Shown piece after piece: positions 35,262 through 44,993 of a stretch of 55,911 nucleotides of DNA (position 1 is its first letter; each line of letters starts with the position of its first letter). The stretch lies in the UHGV virus genome UHGV-1364082, one strand, 5' to 3'. Made by a program: the position numbers and the translations under genes. Origin of the DNA: a virus. Below the pieces are notes generated by a model. That model did not search any database. It was not told the DNA's origin and was given only the letters and a program-made list of their open reading frames with translations.

Positions 35262-35726
35262 TTACTCCTTTGCACCGCCCGAATAGGCGGTATACCACGG
35301 AATGGTTGTAGAAATGAGGTAACGTCCCTGATCGGGGTCCGTTCCCCTGTTGGCGGTAGAGGGCACATCAAGCCATACGCAACACTCGCCAGTGTAAAAG
35401 GGGGTTTCCCTGATGAATTGCCAAAAATAGCTCTCTAGCCCGCTGGCAATTCTCCACGCTTCATCAACGTTCATTCCCTGCGGTAGGGATTGCGTGATGA
35501 TGTACACGCCGTCGCGGATAGCGAGAGAACCGGGGCCACCGAGTTCTTGTGTTGAGGATTCCCCCGGATTGAAACCCGTTATGATATGCAGCTTGGACAA
35601 GTCAGGCGTTGAAGAGACGTTAAGCCCCAACCAAACGAACGGTGTCGGGGTGCCCGGCAAAAGCTCCTTCATCTGCGCAAGCATGGCGTTGTCAAAAGCT
35701 TTCCGTATGAGGTCGAGCCTAATCAT
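35262..35726 (-). CDS. Tail completion / terminator-type protein (by position).
   Basis: Position. Confidence 0.35.
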   Translation of the reverse strand: MIRLDLIRKAFDNAMLAQMKELLPGTPTPFVWLGLNVSSTPDLSKLHIITGFNPGESSTQELGGPGSLAIRDGVYIITQSLPQGMNVDEAWRIASGLESYFWQFIRETPFYTGECCVWLDVPSTANRGTDPDQGRYLISTTIPWYTAYSGGAKE

Positions 35727-36235
35727 GCTTTTCCAAGTTCCTGTTCAAGTTGCCGGGTCATTTCTCTGAGAGTCAACGAAACCATGCCCGCAGGGGCCTG
35801 TTTCTTTGACCATCCCGCCTCTAGCGCTTCGATGTACTCAAGATTGTTTGAGATAAACCAAACAGATGCAGGAGCTACCGATATTTCCTCAAGAGCAGAA
35901 GCGACAGCCGCCCGCACCTGAGTTTCTGAAATTTCTTTATCTTTGAGTTCGGGATACTCTTTGTCCGGAGCAACCCCCGATGGTGCCGTTCCGACGCCGA
36001 ATTGCCATGAAGCCCTCGCCCGCCCCGTATCGACAGGCGTTCGCAGGACGATGCGGACAAAGACTTCTGAGATTACTTTCTTGACGATGAGGAGGGCTTC
36101 CCCCTCAATGGTGAGCCGAACTTGCTCCTGTAATATCTTCTCAAACTTGTTCACATCGTCCGTCATGACGGAATCAAGTTCCTTGATCTTGCGACGGATT
36201 TCTTGGATGCGGTATTCGTAGGCTTCAACGGGCAT
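35723..36235 (-). CDS. HK97 gp10-like head-tail protein.
   Basis: ...VLRTPVDTGRARASWQF... and ...NNLEYIEALEAGWS. Confidence 0.5.
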   Translation of the reverse strand: MPVEAYEYRIQEIRRKIKELDSVMTDDVNKFEKILQEQVRLTIEGEALLIVKKVISEVFVRIVLRTPVDTGRARASWQFGVGTAPSGVAPDKEYPELKDKEISETQVRAAVASALEEISVAPASVWFISNNLEYIEALEAGWSKKQAPAGMVSLTLREMTRQLEQELGKA

Positions 36236-36645
36236 TAGGCTTTTCTCCCTAATCGCTTATACCCCTTTGAACTTCCCGCACTCCGAACATATATTTTGTA
36301 CACGATAGGGATAGAACCCGGTTTTGTGGGTTCTACATCAACAATATTCCACGCTTCCCCGTCAACATCTATCCAATCGGTATTGTCAGGCTTGGGGATT
36401 GCCAAGCCTCCAGCCCAAATCACAGCATCGCCAACCTGAATGAGCGTTCCAATCTCCTGTAGAGAGATGGTGTCCCACAACCCATAGAACTCTGTTGGTA
36501 TTGTATCGACTTCGGGTTGCCCCGTGTCTGGATTTGGCTGTTCACTCTCATTCTCTTGAATGAAGGTCATGGCCTGTCCATTTTTTCTGAACTGCTTATC
36601 TGCTTTCTTGGCAAGTGCTGCGGGATTCATCGGTAAACCCACCAC
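36235..36645 (-). CDS. Head-tail joining protein (by position).
   Basis: Position. Confidence 0.35.
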   Translation of the reverse strand: MVGLPMNPAALAKKADKQFRKNGQAMTFIQENESEQPNPDTGQPEVDTIPTEFYGLWDTISLQEIGTLIQVGDAVIWAGGLAIPKPDNTDWIDVDGEAWNIVDVEPTKPGSIPIVYKIYVRSAGSSKGYKRLGRKA

Positions 36646-37073
36646 ATATCAGGGTCTAACCTCCACAGCCACCTGTACACGGCTTTTGTGAGCTTCCCCG
36701 TCAGGTAACACAGGCGTTCCTCTTCATCGACGCTGGCGTCGGGGTTTATCTGCAACACACGGCGGCATTGCTGGCTAGCGTGCTGGCACTCATGGGAAAC
36801 AATCTCTTCATCCCATTCCCCAACCGCGAAATGGATCTCCCCAAGTTCGTCAGAGGCATCCACCGTTCCATCCCGGCGCAGGGTAAAGGACTCGGGACAC
36901 GTGAGTCCCTTGACGGCGGTTGAGCATTTATCACCGTGGCAATCCCTCGCCTTTTGCAACGCCTTCCCGTTCGTCCACAGGTAGACAGTCCAGTACTTTG
37001 GACCGCCTTCAACCGGGATATGGGTATGGGAAAGGACTTGTGAGAGTTCGGGATGGTAGATGCAAGAGCCCAT
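36627..37073 (-). CDS. Hypothetical protein with an HExxH motif.
   Basis: SHECQHA. RBS GGGGAGGG before M9. Confidence 0.4.
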   Translation of the reverse strand: MGSCIYHPELSQVLSHTHIPVEGGPKYWTVYLWTNGKALQKARDCHGDKCSTAVKGLTCPESFTLRRDGTVDASDELGEIHFAVGEWDEEIVSHECQHASQQCRRVLQINPDASVDEEERLCYLTGKLTKAVYRWLWRLDPDMWWVYR

Positions 37074-37074
37074 G

Positions 37075-37659
37075 CTATGCCCTCCCCGTTTCGGCAAAAC
37101 CGGAGATACTCCCCGATTGACCGGGAATTTCCCTCAAAAATGCCCATACAAGGCCGGAAACGGCAGGATACAGGGTTTCGCTAGCGGCATCGTCAAAATA
37201 GCTGGTAGAGATAGGCCCAACGGTTTCAGACGCCACACGCCCACCGCGTTCGATGGGTGCAAGCGGGTCTTCCCCGGCAATGAAAAGCGCGGCAAGTTCG
37301 ATACATGCCCGTTTGACCGCAGAGGGAACAGTGTCACAAGCGACGAATTGCATCACGCCGTGAATGTTCTTGACTCCGGTAGGCACTCCGGCGCGGGGCC
37401 ACGCCATAGGCCAATCGTACTCAATTTTTTCTCCTTTCCACTTCAAACCGTTGAGGTAATCGGCGGAACGGATGAGGGCGGCTTCTTTAGCTGAAAGCTG
37501 CGGATCTGGCTCCAGATCGGAAGACGGCGGCGCGGCCCAATCAGAAACACCACGGGATAAAAGATAAGCGTCCGCATCTGCTACTGAAGCGTAGGTATTT
37601 GCGCCTTCGGGCATGGTTCCATCTTCAACGATAAGAGGCATAGCTATTCTTTGCTCCAA
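37075..37659 (-). CDS. Head-tail connector / DnaT-like (gp6-type) protein.
   Basis: ...ANTYASVADADAYLLSRGVSDW...KEAALIRSADYLNGLKWKG. Confidence 0.55.
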   Translation of the reverse strand: MEQRIAMPLIVEDGTMPEGANTYASVADADAYLLSRGVSDWAAPPSSDLEPDPQLSAKEAALIRSADYLNGLKWKGEKIEYDWPMAWPRAGVPTGVKNIHGVMQFVACDTVPSAVKRACIELAALFIAGEDPLAPIERGGRVASETVGPISTSYFDDAASETLYPAVSGLVWAFLREIPGQSGSISGFAETGRA

Positions 37660-37868
37660 GGTGCGGTAATAAATCTTTCGGCGTAAAGGGTGGTCTGTAT
37701 TTCCGCCGGGCCACCGCCCCTAATCCGGAGAATGAAGTCAGAATCCATCAAGAAAGGAATACTGCGTCCATTGACCGTAAGAGACTTCACAGGCACCGGA
37801 TGCCCTTTATCGCTGCACCCACCAATGTTGATTTCCACTGTTCCGGGAGCCAGATTTTTATCTTCCAT
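37644..37868 (-). CDS. Hypothetical protein.
   Basis: 74-aa ORF. Confidence 0.35.
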   Translation of the reverse strand: MEDKNLAPGTVEINIGGCSDKGHPVPVKSLTVNGRSIPFLMDSDFILRIRGGGPAEIQTTLYAERFITAPWSKE

Positions 37869-37874
37869 ACATGC

Positions 37875-38270
37875 TCACCCCTCTAATTCAACATGGTTGA
37901 AAATAGAATTTTCCATTCTTCTAATTACTTCATGCGTTTCAGATTCGGTAAGCCCCTGTCTCTCATGGTGCGGTATTTCTTCATCAAGTGCTATAAAGGT
38001 AATACTTGAAAGAAGAAGCTCACACACCTCATGGAAGGCCGATTTTTTTACGGATTCATCTGTAATTGGTTCACATACTTCTTGTCTTTTATTCAAAGCA
38101 AGGTGCGCTATTTTGTGCAAATGTTTTGTATAGCACGCCGCTCTACATCCATCTTCATATGTTTCATGAACGAAAAATATTTCCCATTCTGTAATTCCAA
38201 AGAATTTGATCCACTTGATACATTCTTCTTTGAATACAGAGAAATGTTTCTCATTGGTTTCATATATCAT
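37875..38270 (-). CDS. Hypothetical protein on an AT-rich moron.
   Basis: AT-rich 131-aa ORF. Confidence 0.4.
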   Translation of the reverse strand: MIYETNEKHFSVFKEECIKWIKFFGITEWEIFFVHETYEDGCRAACYTKHLHKIAHLALNKRQEVCEPITDESVKKSAFHEVCELLLSSITFIALDEEIPHHERQGLTESETHEVIRRMENSIFNHVELEG

Positions 38271-38288
38271 TGGCTTCTCACTTGTTCC

Positions 38289-38657
38289 CTACTCTTCTTC
38301 CACATAGTCACAGGGTGGCGTTTCTTTAAACCGTACCGCCTTGATGGTTTCCCGGCCTTCAAAAAGAGCCTTTGCGATGCGGTGCCATCCGTCCATGACA
38401 AACCCTGATTCATCAAGAATAATCGGACAATTCAGATCGGCTTGCTGAACTCGCTTCATCTTGCGGGCAAGGTGATACGCGCAAGAAACGGGGTGCCAAA
38501 CGTTCGAACTGGCGTTGAGGGCAATCAGGGGCAAGTCAAACGGCTCAAGCTCTTTCGCCCGCTCAATCAAGTTGGCGACGATATAGACCTTGTTCCCGTC
38601 CCGATACTTGTTCTCGGAAAGCTTCGTGACATTGAGTTCAACCGTTTCATACGACAT
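38289..38657 (-). CDS. ParB-like nuclease domain protein.
   Basis: ...IILDESGFVMDGWHRIAKALFEGRETIKAVRF... AT-rich. Confidence 0.5.
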   Translation of the reverse strand: MSYETVELNVTKLSENKYRDGNKVYIVANLIERAKELEPFDLPLIALNASSNVWHPVSCAYHLARKMKRVQQADLNCPIILDESGFVMDGWHRIAKALFEGRETIKAVRFKETPPCDYVEEE

Positions 38658-38787
38658 ATCTTTGTCCTTTGTTCCGTTCTTGATTCCGGGCGGGACATGG
38701 GAGGCTGTGCCCCGCCCGTGGTCAAGCTCAGACGCTAGGCGTTAAGGAGTGCTGTTGCTGTGGGCCTGTGCTCGTGACCTTGATGTC

Positions 38788-39018
38788 TTATTGTCCTGAT
38801 TCAAGCCTTTTGAGCTTTGCTTTGAGCATTTGGTTTTCACCCCGCAAGGCATCCATGCTCTGCCCCTGTGCCTTTTTACGCAACAGTTCAGAAATATACA
38901 TATTTTGCTGGTTGGGGGTTCTTTCGCTCATGCGCTCGGCTTTACCTGATTCCTTACTCTGTTGAGGCGGAATCTTTTCCTCTACAGGCTGCTCAGGGGA
39001 TTCTTTTTCTTTCGCCAT
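38788..39018 (-). CDS. Small charged protein (possible head decoration or hypothetical).
   Basis: 76-aa ORF after the capsid gene. Confidence 0.3.
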   Translation of the reverse strand: MAKEKESPEQPVEEKIPPQQSKESGKAERMSERTPNQQNMYISELLRKKAQGQSMDALRGENQMLKAKLKRLESGQ

Positions 39019-39029
39019 AAAGACGCCTC

Positions 39030-40058
39030 CTAGCCCTGCGTAATCAGGGCAGCAAGGGCAATGCGCTTGCGCTCATACTGACGAGTCCAGTTGCTTGCCG
39101 TTTCAAGCTGCGCCAAGGTAGGCGTCTCTTCCAGACCGAAACTGAACCCCTGCGGGTGGATGATCCATTCAAGGCGGGAATGAACGATTTCTTCACCGCC
39201 GCCATTGCCCGCAGCTTCATCACGATGGATAGCAAAGGGGGTCTTCGGAGTGCCCACGCCGAGAGCTACCGCGCCCCGTCCGAACAGGTAGGTGTAATAT
39301 TTAGCAGGAGAAGGAGAATCGCCAGTGACCGCAGGAACATAGGTCATGGCGTCATCCTGAATGACAGTAAGGCCTTGATAGGTGGGAATTTCCACCCTCC
39401 CCTCAGAAGCGGGGATGAAGTCAATCAGGTTAAGTTTTTTCATGGTGGCGTACACAGTAGAGTGTACGGCTACAGCAGTCAGAGAGGACGCCATGTCCCC
39501 CATCGTGGTTTGAGCATCGATAAATGCTTCGGCATTGAACAGGGCATCAGCGCCCGTCTTCCCCGTAACGTCTACGGTCATGACGGGACTACCTGTCGCC
39601 AAATCTGCGGCGATGATCCCTTTAAGAGAAGCCAAAAGTCTTTTGTTTTCTTGGGTATTCCAGTAATCGCCGATCTGATTGGTGATCGCCGTGGTAATGT
39701 CCAACCCCAAATAGGTATTGGTCAAATCCATCGAAGACCACGACTGGTTGAGGCTTTGCCTGACAGCCTTATTTTTCCCGCCCGTAATCTTTTTGGGCGT
39801 GGACTTTTCGGAAGGGTCATCCGAGGAAATGTTCGGCTCATCATCGGCAAGCGGGCCGAGATAACGAGGCGCAAAGGTTTTGCCGCCAAGATTGTTGGTC
39901 AAAAAGGCGTCGGCTTCCGGGTCACGGATCATAACCCCGGAATTGACGAACGCATTGCTGTTAAGCGAACGCAGAATGATGGCTGCGGTCGCAATCTCCG
40001 GTACAATCGGCACATCGGAGAGACGAGTGGAAACCTGAGAACCGCTCTGAACTGCCAT
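39030..40058 (-). CDS. Major capsid protein.
   Basis: 342 aa, directly after the scaffold gene. Confidence 0.6.
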   Translation of the reverse strand: MAVQSGSQVSTRLSDVPIVPEIATAAIILRSLNSNAFVNSGVMIRDPEADAFLTNNLGGKTFAPRYLGPLADDEPNISSDDPSEKSTPKKITGGKNKAVRQSLNQSWSSMDLTNTYLGLDITTAITNQIGDYWNTQENKRLLASLKGIIAADLATGSPVMTVDVTGKTGADALFNAEAFIDAQTTMGDMASSLTAVAVHSTVYATMKKLNLIDFIPASEGRVEIPTYQGLTVIQDDAMTYVPAVTGDSPSPAKYYTYLFGRGAVALGVGTPKTPFAIHRDEAAGNGGGEEIVHSRLEWIIHPQGFSFGLEETPTLAQLETASNWTRQYERKRIALAALITQG

Positions 40059-40067
40059 AAATACTCC

Positions 40068-40928
40068 TTAGAGGCCCGCAGGAATCGGGACGCCAGCTTC
40101 TTGCATCAACGCTTTGGCGCGGGCCGGATTAACGCTAAAAAGTTTCATTTGTTCCCCTACGTTCCAACTTTCCTTTGCCCACGGATTTTTGGCGGAGCTT
40201 ACAAAGCTAGGCTTGGTCGCACCGGAACCGCCGGGCATGGTGTCCCGCAAAATGCGTTCTTTGTAGGGATACTTTTCGATCAGTGCTTCGATAGCCTCTT
40301 CCGGAGAAGCGAATGTTCCCGGATTGGAACGGCTGAAAATGGGCTGACCGTCGAGGGATGCCACGGCTTTAAGTTCGCCGTTTTCTTCTTTCACTTCGAA
40401 ATGTTTGCCGAAAGCGGCATAGGCCATGTCAGCGGGAAGGGTAGTTTTTTCTCGCAAAAAGGTACTTGCTTCAAAAGCACCCCGCACAACGAGATTGCGA
40501 ATCGCCGCGTTCTTGCTATCCAAGGCTTCTGTGAGTTTTTCAATTTCCTTCACATGAGCCTTGTCTTTATCTTCAAGCTTGACTTTCCATCCCTGATCAA
40601 CCTGCGCCTTGAACTCTTCCACCTTCCCGGCGTCAATGAGTTTCCCGGCTTCAAGGTTGGCGACGGTTTCAAGGGCGGCCTTAGCCTTCTCCGGATCAAG
40701 CCCTTCAAACGGCTTGAACTTGGCATTGAGGTCATCCAGTTCCTTACGGCGTCCGGCGGATTCCGCATTCACAGCGGACAGCTTGCCTACAAGATCAGGG
40801 ACATTGTAGGGGATTTCTTTGCCGTCATCGGCTACCCATACAGGGATACCTTCCTGCAAAACCGCATTGCCGTTGTCATCGAGCTTGAGTTTCATCTTTT
40901 CCTTCTCGGTTCGTTGTTGCGGCATCAC
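40068..40928 (-). CDS. Head scaffolding protein.
   Basis: Lys/Glu-rich coiled-coil protein upstream of the capsid gene. Confidence 0.55.
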   Translation of the reverse strand: MMPQQRTEKEKMKLKLDDNGNAVLQEGIPVWVADDGKEIPYNVPDLVGKLSAVNAESAGRRKELDDLNAKFKPFEGLDPEKAKAALETVANLEAGKLIDAGKVEEFKAQVDQGWKVKLEDKDKAHVKEIEKLTEALDSKNAAIRNLVVRGAFEASTFLREKTTLPADMAYAAFGKHFEVKEENGELKAVASLDGQPIFSRSNPGTFASPEEAIEALIEKYPYKERILRDTMPGGSGATKPSFVSSAKNPWAKESWNVGEQMKLFSVNPARAKALMQEAGVPIPAGL

Positions 40929-40998
40929 GCCGGATTCATTGCCTCGGCTTCACGCCACCTCTGCGGATCGTGCCGCGTAACTGCTCAGAATAGACGAG

Positions 40999-41039
40999 GC
41001 TGGAGAGGAAAAAACAACGTGATGTTGGTACGAAATACG
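40999..41039 (-). promoter_or_regulatory. Conserved 41-bp late element, copy B.
   Basis: GCTGGAGAGGAAAAAACAACGTGATGTTGGTACGAAATACG. Confidence 0.5.
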
Positions 41040-41156
41040 AAAAGGCACAAAAAAATCCCCCGCATCGTCTGACACGGGGGATATTGATTGCGGATGGAGG
41101 TGTGATTTTGTAGGATAGGGATGTGGGGCAACCTCTCCCGAAAGGAGGGTATCCCC

Positions 41157-41240
41157 ATGAAACGCTTCCTCCGGGACGTTCTCGTTGGCTTGCTGGCGAG
41201 CGTTCTTGCGGCTGTGCTGGTTCGCTTGCTGAACCTCTAA
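41157..41240 (+). CDS. 27-aa membrane peptide, type-I-toxin-like (MKRFLRDVLVGLLASVLAAVLVRLLNL).
   Basis: Strong RBS AAAGGAGGG. Followed by a hairpin. Opposite strand to the surrounding operon. Confidence 0.4.
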   Translation: MKRFLRDVLVGLLASVLAAVLVRLLNL

Positions 41241-41247
41241 AAACGCA

Positions 41248-41285
41248 GTTGCCCCGGTAGGGAGCGAACCTACCGGGGCGCAAAA
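41248..41285 (+). terminator. Hairpin terminator.
   Basis: CCCCGGTAGG...CCTACCGGGG. Confidence 0.45.
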
Positions 41286-41397
41286 CTGTGATGCTGAATC
41301 ACGGGGGACGTGCCCCACACGGGGCGGTGAGTGTTAGCGCACTTGCCGCCCTTCTTCTCTAGAAGATAAATTTTCCTGTTGGGAAGGTCAAGAGCCA

Positions 41398-42516
41398 CTA
41401 GCGCAACGGATTTCCCTGTTCATCAAATCCCAACTGTTCCAGCGTGTACGGCAACCCTGTGCGCTTATCGCTCAGGTCTTCCCATCGCACTAGCCCCTCT
41501 TGAAGCAACCTTCCACGCACTGGTCCGACACTGGTTTTCAGCTTGTCTTCTGCGGAGAGGGATTCCCACCAGCCGCCGAAATTCTCTTTCGTGGTGCCGA
41601 AGTTCAGGATTTTTCGACCGCCCGTGCCTATCGGCCCCGTTTCTCGGATAGTCCACGGCCTCGCAACTTTCTCAAGTTCGTCTATATTCAACCCAACCTC
41701 TCGAAATGTTTTCAAGATCGGTACATATACGCCTCGGCAATTCGGGTGCGCCGGGAGTTCGGGACGTTTCTCGTTTTTCCCATACACGGCTCCATCTGCC
41801 AACGCACAGATTCGGCATGTACGGTTATCGAGCGTCTCAACGCGCTTGTATCCCTTGATTATTCCCTCATTCTGCTCGTAAACCGCTTCTTGTGCGCCTG
41901 TATTGGCACTCTGAACGTACGTTCGGACTAAGGTTGTGGCCTCGCGTTGAGTAATGGAGAACCCCGCATCAGCCGCCGTCATGACGCGTTTGACGAGCTT
42001 GCGATATCCCTCACCCATGACCACGCCCTCGCGGATGGCGTCCAGAATGGAATCCCGCGTCCCGGTCGAGAAGGCATTGCCCACCCAGTCGGAAAGTAAT
42101 TTCCCGCCTAGGGGCTGGTCTTGGAAGAATTGCTTCACCTGTTCCCGTGTGAGCCCTTCAACTAGCTTTACCGCCTTTGCTTTCCCGTCAAAAGACAGGA
42201 TGCTATTGTACGTCGCCACGGACGCAAGGGCCACGCCTACGGACGCTTCGGAAATGTAGCTGGTGACGCTTGCCGATGTGCCCGCAAGAACATCGTCAAT
42301 CCATGCGGAAATCTGGTCATTCCTTTCCCTCGTCCACTCCGAAATGGAGGCCAGACCTTGCGCTTCGGCTTCGATTTGCGCCACGATTCCGGCACGTGCC
42401 GAACGCAGCACCTTGATGAGTTCCGAAACGGCCTCATCGGAAAGCAAGCCGAGTTCATGCCGCCACCAAAGGGAACGGGAGAGAAGATAGAGTTCAGCGA
42501 GGTCTTGAGGGGTCAT
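41398..42516 (-). CDS. Head morphogenesis protein (SPP1 gp7 / Mu F family).
   Basis: ...NRTCRICALADGAVY...PAHPNCRG... Confidence 0.7.
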   Translation of the reverse strand: MTPQDLAELYLLSRSLWWRHELGLLSDEAVSELIKVLRSARAGIVAQIEAEAQGLASISEWTRERNDQISAWIDDVLAGTSASVTSYISEASVGVALASVATYNSILSFDGKAKAVKLVEGLTREQVKQFFQDQPLGGKLLSDWVGNAFSTGTRDSILDAIREGVVMGEGYRKLVKRVMTAADAGFSITQREATTLVRTYVQSANTGAQEAVYEQNEGIIKGYKRVETLDNRTCRICALADGAVYGKNEKRPELPAHPNCRGVYVPILKTFREVGLNIDELEKVARPWTIRETGPIGTGGRKILNFGTTKENFGGWWESLSAEDKLKTSVGPVRGRLLQEGLVRWEDLSDKRTGLPYTLEQLGFDEQGNPLR

Positions 42517-42863
42517 TCTCTACCCCACGACATCATAACATCTTCTATGCTTTGAGCATATACATTCTCTCCATTACAATTGTGACAACACATTGCATAG
42601 AATGAATCAAAGTATTCATATGCGTTAAATGATAATTCCACATGATCACGTGTTCCACAATTTCTACAATTCAATATCATCTCCGGTTTAACTATGCATG
42701 ATTGTTCAAACTCAGCATAATGATAAGATAAATCTATCTCTCCCCTCGCATACCTTTTGAATAATTTAAAGTCATGCCTTATCTGCTCTGGAGAACGAGG
42801 ATCGGGGAAAGGGATTTCATCGTAATTTTTTATTCTCATCTTCCAACTCCCGAATCCGGGCAA
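42513..42863 (-). CDS. Hypothetical Cys-rich protein on an AT-rich moron.
   Basis: CRNC...CHNC. Confidence 0.4.
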   Translation of the reverse strand: MPGFGSWKMRIKNYDEIPFPDPRSPEQIRHDFKLFKRYARGEIDLSYHYAEFEQSCIVKPEMILNCRNCGTRDHVELSFNAYEYFDSFYAMCCHNCNGENVYAQSIEDVMMSWGRE

Positions 42864-43128
42864 TGAGCGCCTTGGTTGTTTCGGGGTTCATTGCTGCGAT
42901 ATAGGCGGCAGTATTTTTCTGCTCTTCAATATCCCTATATTCGTGATATTCTCCATCATTAAGATCACAAACAAAATTTGGTAGATCGCCATAAACTCCA
43001 TATGCCCTTTTAGGTGGAAGATGTTCATTGCTGCTAAAAACACCACCACCGGATTCTTCATCTTGCCAAGGCCCGGGGACAGCACCGTTCGCCAACCGTT
43101 CGAGTTCGTCAAGGTCGATATCGTTCAT
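42817..43128 (-). CDS. Ead/Ea22-like protein.
   Basis: VPGPW...AAYIAAMNPETTKALIARIRELE. Confidence 0.5.
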   Translation of the reverse strand: MNDIDLDELERLANGAVPGPWQDEESGGGVFSSNEHLPPKRAYGVYGDLPNFVCDLNDGEYHEYRDIEEQKNTAAYIAAMNPETTKALIARIRELEDENKKLR

Positions 43129-43131
43129 TTT

Positions 43132-43440
43132 TTATTTTGCATCCTCTCGAAGATCAATATCATCTCTATTACACCCTTCAATATCTATTTTTACTGACGG
43201 TGGAGAGTAAGGGCTTACTATTTCTTCAATGGGTATTTTATGGTTTGCGGTTATAATTCTGTTTGAAGTGATACCACGGATAGGCCCTTTCAGCGGATCG
43301 AAATCAGTTAAATGTTGAATATTAATGTCTACATCTAAGCCTTGTGCAAGAGCATTACTACATGCGACACAAAGATTCATCACGGCATCTTCAATAGCCT
43401 TACGGTACGGTTCACGTTCAACTTTGGTAAGCTCTTTCAT
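43132..43440 (-). CDS. Hypothetical protein on an AT-rich moron.
   Basis: RBS AGGGAGGATAAAA before M22. Confidence 0.4.
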   Translation of the reverse strand: MKELTKVEREPYRKAIEDAVMNLCVACSNALAQGLDVDINIQHLTDFDPLKGPIRGITSNRIITANHKIPIEEIVSPYSPPSVKIDIEGCNRDDIDLREDAK

Positions 43441-43546
43441 TTTTATCCTCCCTATACCCGCCATTCTACCAAACATCACAACCCATTGGAAGTAAAAAGG
43501 CACGGCATGAACCGTACCTTTATCTTTAAATATTCATGCCTTGCGT

Positions 43547-44983
43547 TCACGTCCCTCCAAGAATATTCGGCAAACGCAAAGTTCCAGAAGCTCCCCTCGT
43601 GCTTCCAAGCTCTTGCTGCAACCGCGTCTCTTCCTCTTTGGGATTCCATCCTTCGGGCATCATCTTCTTGACTGCGGATGTGTCCCTGATGGTTTGCTTG
43701 GAGATGATAGCTTGCGAGTTCAGAGATACCAAAGCGGAGACAATCGCATCCCCTGCGGCCTCAACATCGTAATTTTCAGTATAAGGCGTGGAAATGTCGC
43801 TATCGTCCAGTCCCATCCATCGGGCCGCGATTTTCCAGCACTGCGCCTCAGCATTGGCACACCTGCGGGCGAAGTTCGCAAGCTGTGTATCAAGCTGTTG
43901 ACGGTCAAGCTGTTTGGATTCGGCGGACTCCCCTACCCCGGACTGCGGGCGGATCATGCGGAGCGCGATTTCACGCACCGAGTTCTCGTCACGGGTCAAA
44001 AATTCAGTCTGCGCCGAAAAGGAGGTCCCCGTGGATTCCACATATTCAGCCGTGATGCCACCCGGGTCCGTACTCATAAGGGCATTGGAGCTTCCCAAAA
44101 TAAAGGAATCCCAATTTTCTCGGCTTATCCCGCCCACATTGAGCAGAGGGACGGCCCGGTCGAACAGCATCTTATCCAGTTCGGAATCGCGCCTATAAAT
44201 GCGAAGAACAAGCGAAAGAACGTCATCCGTCGCCGGGACGCCAGACATGATGGAACCCGCCGTATCTTCAAACGTGAACGGAACGATGGGCACCAGCCCG
44301 GAAGGGTTTATGCCTCTACCGTACTCTTTCCATCCTAGGCTTGTGCCTGCCTTTGCCGTGGAATCCGTTTCCCGCCTGTAGCGCGTCCATTCCGTCCGCG
44401 TCCACACGGTCAAGGTTTCGTAGCGCGTACCCTTGGTGAATGGTGCATTCCCCTCCATACCTGCGCCGTGGATGACAACCCAATCCAAACCGTCCGCGCC
44501 GATTTCCCAATCCCATACGTCCGTGGGATCAAGGGAGATGAAATAAGGCCACTGCCTGCGCCCGGCTTCTTCCGCTTCGGCTTGTGTAATGCCCGCCTGC
44601 GGTTCCGCATCAACCTGCACAAACCTGATGCCCCCGGCAGCGGCAAGGCGCGTCACATCGGCAAAGAAGGTATTGGCATTGGTGCCGAGACGGTCAACGT
44701 TATCCTGCATATCCTCAAGCTTGGCGGGCAATACGCGTGGGGGCCTCCCCTCGTTGATGAAGCTGGCGAACACGTCAACAATAGGGGCCGCAAAATTGCG
44801 GTAGGTTGCCCGCTGGAACCGGATATCATACTGCTTTTGCGTCTCGTACGGGTGCCGGATAAGATACGCGGGGTTTTCCTCCACACGCCTGCCGCCTTCA
44901 TACAGGTCAAGGGCCAGCCCCCGGCGTTGGTATGACTCGGAATAGTCCGGGTGCTTTTTGCTATACTCAGTGTTGTCAGCCAT
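43547..44983 (-). CDS. Portal protein.
   Basis: About 480 aa between TerL and the head morphogenesis gene. AGGAGAAAATAT RBS. Confidence 0.65.
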   Translation of the reverse strand: MADNTEYSKKHPDYSESYQRRGLALDLYEGGRRVEENPAYLIRHPYETQKQYDIRFQRATYRNFAAPIVDVFASFINEGRPPRVLPAKLEDMQDNVDRLGTNANTFFADVTRLAAAGGIRFVQVDAEPQAGITQAEAEEAGRRQWPYFISLDPTDVWDWEIGADGLDWVVIHGAGMEGNAPFTKGTRYETLTVWTRTEWTRYRRETDSTAKAGTSLGWKEYGRGINPSGLVPIVPFTFEDTAGSIMSGVPATDDVLSLVLRIYRRDSELDKMLFDRAVPLLNVGGISRENWDSFILGSSNALMSTDPGGITAEYVESTGTSFSAQTEFLTRDENSVREIALRMIRPQSGVGESAESKQLDRQQLDTQLANFARRCANAEAQCWKIAARWMGLDDSDISTPYTENYDVEAAGDAIVSALVSLNSQAIISKQTIRDTSAVKKMMPEGWNPKEEETRLQQELGSTRGASGTLRLPNILGGT

Positions 44984-44993
44984 ATATTTTCTC

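Noticed and set aside
34632-35438. 268-aa plus-strand ORF.
   Set aside because: It is antisense to the major tail gene, with a junk composition.
39156-41072. 638-aa plus-strand ORF.
   Set aside because: It is antisense to the capsid and scaffold genes, with no motifs and a Gly/Arg/Phe-rich junk translation. Only its last 16 codons coincide with the MLVR mini-frame of the late element.
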